64,000 nucleotides of DNA, from assembly GCF_023055435.1 (NCBI RefSeq), contig NW_025964112.1, positions 20,026,001 to 20,090,000 on the forward strand. Reading direction: 5' to 3'. The DNA is from Haliotis rufescens (lineage: Eukaryota). The translations under genes were made by a program, and so were the position numbers. The stretch's first letter is position 1. Every line of letters starts with the position of its first letter. The notes beneath the pieces are model-generated. The model saw only the letters and a program-made list of their open reading frames with translations. It did not search any database and was not told the DNA's origin. Positions 1 through 12,600 of the stretch are shown in pieces.

Positions 1-324
1 TGTGTGCTACAGCAGTTTTGTCAATGCTAAGAATGCTTTATGGAATGGTAAAAGTGGCAAGTAAGTGAGAGTTGTCTTCCCTTGCTTAGAATCAGCTCAG
101 CTTATTCCTGCTTAGTGAGCAGTCTTCTAACATGTCCATGTAACTGATACTATTAATGATCCTCTGCTTAAGCTTTTACAAGTTTTTTGGGGGGGTCAGA
201 TGACATATGTTTTTCCCTCACTCTTGGATGACCATGAGAGGCAACATGTGTCCCATTTTGGGGTGCAGATCATCCTTCAGAAAGGTGGCACATAGGGAGT
301 AAAGAGGTATGTCTGTTTTTGTAG

Positions 325-618
325 ATATTCGAGGACCAATTGAAATTCCAGAATTTGAAGACTATGAACCATCCAATTTGCGGCTGTCTTGGAAACGACC
401 TGAGATCCCTGCATATGAGAAGACAGCACCAACATATCAGATCGAGACATGGAGACCGAAAGAACGTGATTGGCATCCATATGTGTCCAAGCTGACTGAA
501 CCATCATACAAGCTGACAGACCTTGACCGCTATAAGGATCATGTGTTCCGGATCCGTGCCGAGACTGATACTGGTCTTAGCGCACCTTCTATTCCCATTT
601 CCTACTCTCCCAGAAGAG
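325..618 (+). CDS. unc-89-like exon: Fn3 domain 1
   Basis: gtag|AT...AGAG|gtcagt, phase 1-1; LSWKRP...TYQIE...W...YKLTDL...FRIRAE. Confidence 0.9.
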
Positions 619-3600
619 GTCAGTATCACAGAACTCCTTTCTGTCCCTCTCTGTCCCTTCCAACAGTTAAGTTAGATCTCTTTTCCTTGGAGTTGATAGC
701 AAGTTAAAGTCGTACCATTGACAACTGACATATATATTCAGTTCTGTACATTGTACCATGATTGAAGCCAGTTCATGATGTCACCCTCGGTTATTTGTGA
801 TATTTAGCTATGAAATAACTAAAATGCTGTTAGAAGCAGTGTTAAATGCAACTCACTCACTCACACCAGATCTCCAGATGTCGAAATGCTTTATTGGGAA
901 CAAGGGAGACACTTGGTGAGTGTTTTAATAAACTATGACCATTGACAATTCAGTTTTATTTTTCTGGAACTTCACAGCAACACAAAGCATGAAAACAAAT
1001 CTATAATTTGAGCAGGTTTGAATGTTTCAGCAATATCTTATTTGATTTTTTTCCTTCCAGTTGTGCCGAGAGTCCCAGTAGAGAAGCCTGAGATCTATGA
1101 TATCCATGGTGACTCTGTCAGGGTGTCATGGCGACCTGTCTATCTCCCATCCTTCTCTCCAATGGACCTGCGTTACCGTCTGGAGATTCGTGAACTCCCA
1201 ACCACCCACTGGCGAACTCTTGTCCCCAACACCTCAGACCTTTCCTATCAGGTGACTGGACTTCGGCCCAGACAAGACTATGCGTTCCGAGTCCGCGCCA
1301 TTACTGAAGAAGGCCCCTCAGAACCATCATACCCGGTCTACCTGTACAGAAAGCCTGGTAAGTATATTTGTCTTGTGACAATGTTGTGAAATGGTTGTAG
1401 TCCACTGGTTAGGGTGTTCTTGAATTAGGATACAGTGTATGAAGACTATAAATTTAAGCCATCCCTGCCCTGATGTTACAGCCAAATTGCTTGATTTGTG
1501 TGTTGCCTGAGGAAAGCTACGTTCTGATGAACTGTCCGCTTCATATGAAAATCTTGCACTAAACAGATCAACATCTGTAAATGCATAATAAGGGCATAAT
1601 AATTGTATGGTTGAAATGTTCACTCGTCCAACCGAAGACCCAGGTTCGATTCTACACATGAGTTTAAAGTACATTACATCATAGTGACCAAGCAATGACA
1701 CAACAAAATAAAGTTTATTGTTGTAAAAATATAATATGTTAGTTTTATCCAGTGTTTTCTCAATACTGGTATGTGTAATTGCCTTTTGCATGTCACCGTC
1801 TTCTTCGGACATGTCTGCTTTGTGGGAATGCACAGAGCTAAGACTGATGGTTAGCGACTATAACGTCACTAACATATGATGTCACTGCTTGGTCACATGA
1901 CTACACTTAAGCGTACATTCTCACTTAGGTGTATTTTTTATCGACAAGTCCACATATCCATGTATTTGAAATTTTCCTTCCTGGATATTTAGAGTCTACT
2001 CAGATGAAGGTTTTACTGTAGACAGGAATGGATGATACTTTGCTAATGTCTGAACAGTAGCTTGCAGCCTCTGCCACTGAGTCATAACAAGTTAAGGATG
2101 TCCACCAGTTTATATTTAGAGTATTTAACTTTTTCTGAGATAGGTATTTCTGAAATCTTTGTTTAAGAAATAAAGTTTAATCTACTCCCATGTATAGTGT
2201 AATATAAATATAGTTTTTCCCTGAAATATTATAGTTAAAGCAGAAGGCTAAGATGCCAAATTTAACACTAACCTTGTGTTTCATTAGAGGGGGGTCGGTG
2301 GGGTGGTAAAAAGAAACTTGTAATAAGTGCCATAAATTGAAAATGCTCGAACAGGGCTAACTGATGCATAATAAATTGAAGTGTGTCGGCTAGAAATGAG
2401 GGTGTGATGTATGTGGCATACTGTGGTATTACTGGGTGTTTTGTATGTAGGTTCATGAAGGAATGAAGTTAGTTGGATAATAATGTGTGTGATATATGTA
2501 GGCATAGAACGACATGTTTTTGTATGTAGGCTTAAGAGGGCATGAAATGTGTCAGCTAATAGCGAGGGTGAGATGTATACAGGCATAGAACAAGGTGTTT
2601 TGTATGTAGCTTTATGAGGGTGTGAAGTGTGTCAGCTAATAATTTAGGGTGTGATGTATCTAGGCATATAATGAGGTGTTTTGTATGTAGGCTTATGAGG
2701 GTGTGAAGTGTGTCAGCTAATAATTTAGGGTGTGGTGTATCTGGGCCAAGAACAAGGTGTTTTGTATGTAGGCTTATGAGGATGTGAAGTGTGTCAGCTA
2801 ATAATGAGGGTGTGATATTTGTAGTCATAGAACAAGGTGTTTTGTATGTAGGCTTATGAGGGCATGAAGTGTGTCAGCTAATAATGAGGGTGTGATATAT
2901 GTAGTCATAGAACAAGGTGTTTCGTATGGAGGCTTATGAGGGTGTGAAGTGAGTCAGCTAATAATTTAGGGTGTGGTGAATCTGGGCCAAGAACAAGGTG
3001 TTTTGTATGTAGGCTTATGAGGATGTGAAGTGTGTCAGCTAATAATGAGGGTGTGATATATGTAGTCATAGAACAAGGTGTTTTGTATGTAGGCTTATGA
3101 GGGCATGAAGTGTGTCAGCTAATAATGAGGGTGTGATATATGTAGTCATAGAACAAGGTGTTTCGTATGTAGGCTTATGAGGGTGTGAAGTGTGTCAGCT
3201 AATAATTTAGGGTGAGATGTATACAGGCATAGAACAAGGTGTTTTGTATGTAGCTTTATGAGGGTGTGAAGTGTGTCAGCTAATAATTTAGGGTGTGATG
3301 TATCCAGGCATATAATGAGGTGTTTTGTATGTAGGCTTATGAGGGTGTGAAGTGTGTCAGCTAATAATTTAGGGTGTGGTGTATCTGGGCCAAGAACAAG
3401 GTGTTTTGTATGTAGGCTTATGAGGATGTGAAGTGTGTCAGCTAATAATGAGAGTGTGATATATGTAGTCATAGAACAAGGTGTTTTGTATGTAGGCTTA
3501 TGAGGGCATGAAGTGTGTCAGCTAATAATGAGGGTGTGATATATGTAGTCATAGAACAAGGTGTTTCGTATGTAGGCTTATGAGGGTGTGAAGTGTGTCA

Positions 3601-6600
3601 GCTAATAATTTAGGGTGTGATGTATCTGGGCATAGAACAAAGTGTTTTGTATGTAGGCTTACGAGGGCATGAAGTGTGTAGGATAACAATGAGTGTGTGA
3701 TATATGTAGGCTTATGAGGGCATGAAGTGTGTCAGCTAATAATGAGGGTGTGATGTATACAGGCATAGAATGAGGTGTTTTGTACGTAGCTTTATGAGGG
3801 TTGGAAGTGTGTCAGCTAATAATTTAGGGTGTGATGTATCTGGGCATATAATCAGGTGTTTTGTATGTAGGCTTATGAGGGTGTGAAGTGTGTCAGCTAA
3901 TAATTTAGGGTGTGATGTATCTGGGCATAGAACAAGGTGTTTCGTATGTAGGCTTATGAGGATGTGAAGTGTGTCAGCTAATAATTCAGGATGTGATGTA
4001 TCTGGACATAGAACAAGGTGTTTCGTATGTAGGCTGATGAGGGTGTGAAGTGTGTCAGCTAATAATTTAGGGTGTGATGTATCTGGGCATAGAACAAGGT
4101 GTTTCGTATGTAGGCTGATGAGGGTGTGAAGTGTGTCAGCTAATAATTTAGGGTGTGGTGTATCTGGGCATAGAACAAGGTGTTTCGTATGTAGGCTTAT
4201 GAGGATGTGAAGTGTGTCAGCTAATAATTTAGGGGGGGGGTGATGTATCTGGGCATAGAACAAAGTGTTTTGTATGTAGGCTTATGAGGGTGTGACGTGT
4301 GTCAGCTTATAATTTAGGGTGTGGTGTATCTGGGCATAGAACAAAGTGTTTTGTATGTAGGCTTATGAGGGCATGAAGTGTGTCAGCTAATAATGAGGGT
4401 GTGATATATGTAGTCATAGAACAAGGTGTTTCGTATGTAGGCTTATGAGGGTGTGAAGTGTGTCAGCTAATAATTTAGGGTGAGATGTATACAGGCATAG
4501 AACAAGGTGTTTTGTATGTAGCTTTATGAGGGTGTGAAGTGTGTCAGCTAATAATTGAGGATGTGATGTATCTGGGCATAGAACAAGGTGTTTTGTATGT
4601 AGGCTTATGAGGGCATGAGTGAGTGAATACGGTTTTACGCCGCTTTTAGCAATATTCCAGCAATATCACGGCAGGGGACACCAGAAATGGGCTTCACACA
4701 TTGTACCCATGTCGGGAATCGAACCCGGGTCTTCGGCGTGACAAGCGAACTATGAGGGCATGAAGTGTGTCAGCTAATAATGAGGGGTTGATGTGTGTAG
4801 GCGTATAATGAGGTGTGATGTTTGTAGGCTTATGAGGGCATGAAGTGTGTCAGCTAATAATGAGGGGTTGATGTGTGTAGGCGTATAATGAGGTGTGATG
4901 TTTGTAGGCTTATGAGGGCATGAAGTGTGTCAGCTAATAATGAGGGTGTGATATATGCAGTCATAGAACAAGGTGTTTCGTATGTAGGCTTATGAGGTTG
5001 TGAAGTGTGTCAGCTAATAATTTAGGGTGTGATGTATCTGGGCATAGAACAAGGTGTCCTGTATGTAGGCTTATGAGGGCATGAAGTGTGTCAGCTAATA
5101 ATGAGGGGTTGATGTGTGTAGGCGTATAATGAGGTGTGATCTTTGTAGGCTTATGAGGGCATGAAGTGTGTCAGCTAATAATGAGGGTGTGATGTATACA
5201 GGCATAGAACAAGGTGATTTGTATGTAGGCCGATGAGGGCATGAAGTGTGTCGGCTAATAATGAGGGCGTAATATATGTAGTCATAGAACAAGGTGTTTT
5301 GTATGTAGGCTTATGAGGGCATGAAGTGTGTCAGCTAATAATGAGGGGTTGATGTGTGTAGGCGTATAATGAGGTGTGATGTTTGTAGGCATATAATGAG
5401 GTGATATGTATGCAACTTCATGTCATATATATCAGGTAGACAGCTGTTTCTTGTGTAAACCAGCAACATATGGCGATGTTACTTTATCTCCTACCAACTT
5501 ATATCAAAGTGGAATTCCTGGAAGCAGTGCCAAGATAAATGTTGCGTGTAAGCCACCTTCTGTCTGATGTATGAACAGTTTTACCTGTCCTTAAAGGTGC
5601 AGGGGTAGCGCTTGGAAAGGATTAGGTATCAATTATTAAAACAATTATTCCAATGTTTTTATTCTGAAAAAAAATTATTATATTGATTTTCACATGAGAG
5701 GATGAAATGCTGAGATTTGTGCTGTAATCTGATTGGCTCGAAAAAATGGTAACTGTATTCGCTTAAAAAATGGATAAAATTGGACCCTCATTAAAACTAT
5801 TTACAATGAGTTATTGAAAGATTTATTAATGGTGTTGACAGGACAGAGGTAATGCCTGTTCTTGGGGAAAAGACATAACTTGCTGTCTGTATAACATACA
5901 CTTTCTTCACTGCTGTATTTTCTGTAAAAAGTATTGTATTACACAATATTAAAAAAATATGGACTATCTTGAAAACTTTCGGGCTCAGTATGAGGCAATT
6001 GTAAAAAATCTATTAGAGTGGGGCGCTTAATACCCCAAATACGGTTTGTGGAATTGAAAGCGTTGACATCTTCTGGAAGTTTCATTTTACTGGATTAAAG
6101 CACCACACTATTTGGAATGTATGGTTATAACTATAAACATTTGATAAATTAATATTTAAGTAAATAGTGAACTTTACTGTTGTATCATTTTTGTTGTTGA
6201 TACTGATGTTTTAATATAAAGGTCTTTTTGCATAATATTTTGTTATCTCTATTCAAATACGGAGCAAATTAGAATAAATTTATTTTGTTTTATTTTGATT
6301 TTGTCATGTTTACCCAAGTACTATATTTTTCTCAATTTCAAATATACAAGATGTAGCATCTCATGTTAAAGGCACAGTCATGTATACACTAATCTGTATA
6401 TCACTATTCATACATCTGGGAAAGTGTTAACGGTATCTCCAGATCTGTATATATTGATTGTTTATGTTGAACTGTTCGACACCATGGTCTTAGATACTAG
6501 ATTGTTTCTTGAATGTCAGAGGTAAGCATGGAGGATATGATAGTCTCTGGACAAAAACATGATCCACTGAAGAATATCAGTGTAATATTGGCAAAGCAGA

Positions 6601-9600
6601 ACACTGACTCCATCACATGATCGTATGTTGTTCTGTAGCTCCGTGACCAAGTATGTCCTTGTGTAAACTCCTGGTCAGAACAGACCTCCTGTATTCTCTG
6701 CACGTTGTAAGAAATAAAACAAACTAGAGCAGCCATAAAGTTTGCTGATGAACCAATGTCAAGTTTGCAGTGGCTAGGCTATACTTGCACTATTTACAAC
6801 TTTTTGGACAGACATTAAGGCATGGATGGTTGAAGCTGACATTCCTAGGGCATTAAAAAAAGTACTTCATCCTCCTTGCAAATCATTACATATCTCAAAT
6901 GCATCACTGTTGAAGAAATAGCCCTAAAAAGTTTCTACTCAGGCTGCTGATTCCAACATCAGTGGTGCTAGTAGGAATTCCTTCTGCTCTCTGTACGTCA
7001 AGAGATAAGATGGGGGACCTGGGTCGATTGTTCTGTCAGTTCTGATAATACTGGCGGTGTTACATCAGTGCTTTTCACATGAAAATACAATCTTATCTTA
7101 TAGAAACAGGTTTGATGGTGGGTGTTGTGATATTGATGTAGTCATGGTTGCCCATCATGAGTTTCAAATGTTCAGGTAATATGTATTCTTGAAGTCTGGA
7201 TAGGTGTTTATAGTGCAGATATTACTTCAGTGTAGGAATGTTTACTCACATTTTAAAGTTAGCTAGTAAAATGTTGAGATTTATGCTTAAATGAAGCAAG
7301 AAACAATATTAAAGGGGCACGGATCTAAAGCAATTCCCCGGGACTGGTTGTTGCCTTTGTTATTGTTTTTTCCCTGTGAGTACCCGGACGATACGCAACG
7401 CAACTGAGCATGACAAGAGACTGGGCTACCATCTGCAAGGACAGCTAAATAAACTTGGAGGCAATATATGTTTTACTCATTTTTGAACATTGATTGGTTA
7501 ACCGTTATCTATAAAGATTTCGACAAAGGGTGCATGTTAATTAATTTCTTCAGCCTAAATGAACAGACAAAAAGAATGGCGGAGCTCATTTGGAAATACC
7601 CCTGATTGTTATAGTTTTATAATAAAAAAAAGTATCTATGCAGTGAAAGCATTTTCGGATTTCGGATTGCGTCGATAATACGATTACTACTCCCTTGTTG
7701 TAATCTACGTTTTCTGGTATAACCTTACACTTGTGTATTTGTCGTCTTTCACAAGATGCTCAGTTAATGAATTTATTACAGGTGTAATTAGTGGTAGCAC
7801 CACTCAGAATACCTGACAAAGGTTCCCATTTGGCATTTATTGTGCCTGGGGTAATGATTCAATCTAAATCCAGGTTTGAAGTGAGGTGAAATGTGTGTTA
7901 TTTAATATGTATGTGGCAGCCCAGCAAGAGATGAATGATCAGTTGATTTACTTTTTTGTAAATCAACGGATCGTTCCTAGTCATCAAACGATTAACAGAC
8001 ACTACATTGATTAATTAATCACTGTTATCTTGCACATTGGATATGTCAAAAGTGAGTGTTTACATATATAGGTTTACTAAAACAAAGGGAATACACTCAT
8101 ATCATGGTGTGAAGTGTAAAAACAACATACTCTGTTCAAAGGGTTAACTGATAATACGTTGATTGATTGCTCATTGTTATCTAACTCAATGGATTTTTTT
8201 AGGAACCTAGGACGTTTTGAAAATAGTTGTCACATGGGTTTTCTCAGCCAACCTTTGAGACTTGACACCTATGTTAAACACCTGAAACAATCTAAGTGAT
8301 CAGTTGAGAAATGAACACGGGTTATAATATCCCGAAACGATATATATATTTTAAAATATTTGATTGTTACAGAGACATGTGACATCGAATAAGTTTCTAT
8401 GTACAGCTGCAGACATGTGGGATATTGTTCCTTTGTGTTGATATTCAAGGATACATTCCTCATACAAGGAAGCTGCCTAAAATTATACACATAAATTTGG
8501 TATGTTGTAATTATGTTATTTGCATTTTGTTTTCCTTCATTTGCTGTAGCACTGGACAGATTTATTCTTGTTCCTCTTGGTTGGGAAATTCTTCGATGCA
8601 CGATAGACGTTGTTTTCACAAGTCTTTTCCTTTGTAAGCATGTATATATTACAGTCAGTTTGTAAAATGTGATCCTCTCAGGCAGTTTATAAAATGTGTA
8701 AATATATCAGTCATTTTGACTGAAAAATCTGTCCATTTCTTTAACAGATTGACTAAAATTGATTAAGATGATCAAAAGGGCCTAAAAACATCACAATAGA
8801 TTATTATGTAGGATTAGAAGCCAAACAATATAGAAATGTTCTTTTCATCGTAACATTTTCAGTCTCTTGGTGATGATATTAAACATAAAAATGTTTGGAA
8901 TTCGTTGTCATAATAATACAGATGGACATATTTTTCAGTCAATTTGTAAAATAACTGAATATTCAGGCGTTTAATAAATTTCCTAAGTGAAAATTTGGCA
9001 CATTTTGACTGTAAAAATATAAACACGATAAAATAAGCAATGCTCAGGAGAAATATTTACTTTGTGTTGCAAGTCAAAATAGTGTAAACGAAAATCTCAC
9101 AATTACCAAGCAAGTGACTTATCAAAACCTCGTCACCATTACCCATGCTACCCACAGAGATTACATTTTATTATTATTTCCAAAACTGTATTTCATTTTG
9201 TTGATCAATGTGACCATACGCCCTTATACTATCAATAAAAGTGACAAATGCGCTTACGAATTGCGCAGCACAGGTCGCAAACTAGTCTCGGTTTCTGCTA
9301 TATCATCCGGGTACTCACGGAAAAAAACAATAACAAAGGCAACAACCAGTCCCAGGGAATTGCTTTAGATCAGTGCCCCTTTAACAACATCTGTAACCAT
9401 GGTTGGGAATTTTAACTTGAGCAGTGAGAGCAGGGCTATGGGCTGGATTATGAGCCACGTACCGGTATATTTTCAGGGGATTCCTATTATAGTTTCCTTT
9501 TATAAACAATCATAAGGGTACTAGGTAGCTATTTCACCTTCAACACTGCAAGATATACCTCCGAACCAAAATGGCCAACATCCAACATCTTCATTAATGC

Positions 9601-12600
9601 ACAGGATAAACATTAATCAAGTTCCAACTATTTCCTGTCTGTGTGTTTTGTGACATTTTCTATCTCCATTCTAGCATATAACAAACCTGTCAAATCACTA
9701 AAAGCGTTTCCTTGTGTACCTGGTATTGATACTGTAAACTTGAGTGGAAGAAACTACCATGACCTTGATCTGCAAGGACTCATAACCAAAATAGAATTAA
9801 GACCTTTAGGAGGTGATAGTGTTATGCATTCCATGTATGTGATTACATTTTGTTGATGTTTTGTTTAAAAATAAGTCCTGCACCTTAAAAGGCTATCTTA
9901 TCGATAGTAGTGTCTTTGTAGTTAGGCCTGCTATGACATTGAATATCAAAGCTCTTAGGTTAATCATCGTTCAAAGACGACCTACATGTCAGTATGGTGG
10001 AAAAACAGACTTGAAGATGTTCATTTCAAAATAAATCTTGCATCTTCACAAGATTACCTCTAATGTTGGCAAGTCTTGCTAGGGTAGTGCATTCTGGCAG
10101 GTGATGCGGTGATGTGATAGTTATCTGGGGCTTGATGGTAACCTCCTGGGGCTAAGGTTTGCTGGAATCTTCTGATGATCCAAACACCTGTCCATGTTTA
10201 GGTGGGAGATAAGTAGTCAGGCTTGATAGATGTTGAAGACTTGCTTCACTCGTGTAGGGCATGGTCTAATTTGTATTTCCTTACAGTGTTATAATGGTAT
10301 TTTCCTTAACGGCAGCCAATTTGTGAAGTTTTCACCACCTTAAAGAACTTATCACTTAAGAAATTTGGAAAGATCTATGTTGAACAATGTGTCCCTTATT
10401 TTGAATTAAGTACTCCATGTTTTTGATGAACTACTTTCAATTTCACATCTTTGAAGATATATCTTGACAATGCTATCAATGCATGACATCTCTGGGAGAG
10501 GAATGGGGATGTCTAGCAGCTGGGGGCGGCCTCCCACAACAGGGACTGAATGTTTTGATAACGCCTGTATGTTTATTTTCCTGGTAATGTACATATTTCT
10601 CCCAGTCAGGCTGAATCATGTTTCTGACACTTGCTGTAGGTGAACTGCCATCTCGTCTTTATGTAATCAAAGGCATTAAAAATGTTACTTTTATTTACAG
10701 TTACTTCATACAGTAAACTATGTTAATAATGAAACGCTTATAACGATCTGACGGATATAACGAATTGTTCATTTGGTCCCGGCCATTTGGTGTATATTTT
10801 ATCATATAAGACTGATGGATGATTACGAACATGCTCATAATGAAATAAAGGATATAGTGAACTCACCTTGTGGTCCTGTCTGTACTCTGTCAACGATAAG
10901 TGTATTATGATCTATTAATCCCTGTGCTGAGCTCCTCACGTGTCACCAATCTGCCTATTAAAACATCCGCGACCAAGCGCTGCTGTTCAAAGTGGCAATA
11001 AACAAATGAAGGCAATTGATTTACTCTTAAGTACTGACACCTTGTCCTCATTTACATCCTCAATTAACAATAGTGACACAGTGATTAGGCTATAGCCTTT
11101 GAAGTGGATATATTCTGTGTATAAAATGCGAAGACTAGAGTGAGGAAATCCATCTTTCAACGATTGTTCAAAGCAAAATCACTAAACCATGTTTTTATTT
11201 ATGTTATGTATGATGAATAGAAATAGTACACGTACAGTGCACACTTTAGTTATTTATCGAGTAACATGATGTTGTCACATGACTTGATGCAAGATGTCTG
11301 ATGGTCGAAATGCGTGTAACGAACGACAGATATAACAAACTAAAATTAGTGGTCCCTTTGAGTTCATTATGACCGAAGTTTATATATTGTAACTGTATAG
11401 GTGGTAAATACCAAACTGAAGGGGTAACATTTTAGACTTGCTGTCATGTCCAATCTTTTGATCCACCCTTATTTCTTTAAAAGTGTACAAAAAAAGCATT
11501 CATGTATTGTTTCAGCAACGCTTTTGGATACCTGTCCTTCTTTCCCTGACCCGTGTGTACTTACATAAAAATATACCACTAATATAGAAACATCTTTATG
11601 TGACCTTACGTGATTCTCTCTTCACTCACTGTGGTGCATATTATTTGTTGAGATCTGACTGCAACAGTAGTGGGTAGATTTCAGTAGTACAGAAGGAAAC
11701 TGTAGATGTGCGGAGACGAAATGGAGTAGGTAAACATTGCTGGCTGGTCATCATAGTGTTTAGTTTTCAGGTCTTATTTTGAGAGTTCTCTTTACAGCCC
11801 ATGTTTGAATCTGTTTAATGTAGGTTCTTACAAAAATTCTTTCAGTTATCAAACAATTGGAAAAGCAAAAATATTTCTTTCGTAAACACTGTTTCAAATT
11901 ATTTGTTTTCACACTTATGTTTATACGTGGCTGAATATTCACTTCATGTTTTGATGATTTTCTTATGAAATGTTAGCATTTGTTTTGCTCATCTCATCAC
12001 AATTCCAGTTTTGTTGATATCTATAAGGCATGGCAATAATGCATCAAACATTTACACTCTTTTTTGAAGCAGACTTTTAGCTTTAAATACATTTTTTTGA
12101 TCTCATGAAATATCAGCATTTGTTATGTTCATCAGGAAAAAAATTCACTTTTTGCCCATGACTCAGGACTTATTTTTAGATCCAGTAATGATGACTCCAC
12201 CAGGCAGACATTTCACAAGGAAGGCAGTATTTAATCCATGTCCCTAATCACCTTGGAAATTGACTCCAACTGCTGGAGGGAGATTATGCTGCGTTTAGCA
12301 CTGGGGCCTGCAGGCTGGGGCAGTGCTACAGAGAAGGCAGGGTGCATGTTCCTCCTCGGGGACTGGGCAGGAATTACCTCATTCTTTTCCCCATATATCA
12401 TTGCTCTTGGAATCAAATCATTGCACCCTCTGAAAGCTGCTGAACATGCCTATTTTCGTGGACTAACATTTCTAAGATCGTGGACAGGCTGCGATAGCAT
12501 AGCAATTTTTGTGGATGCAACTATTACCAGCATGAAATTAGACTTACAGGAAAGCACTGGTAGATGAGGTCTGGGCTTGTATGGTGTTGTTGCTTCTCAG

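Noticed and set aside
2268-5292. His-rich repetitive minus-strand ORFs (HPKLLADTLHTLISLHTKHL...)
   Set aside because: Translations of the 81-bp satellite; the frame is broken by 79-bp monomers and there is no splice support
2370-5410. CRISPR-like appearance of the regular repeats (also 42010-44285)
   Set aside because: No unique spacers, no cas genes, eukaryotic context
5591-9888. Larger Kolobok-like element (ttaaaggtgcagg ... cctgcaccttaa) enclosing the 7313-9380 element
   Set aside because: Only about 10 bp of inverted match and the TTAA register is off by one; could be chance
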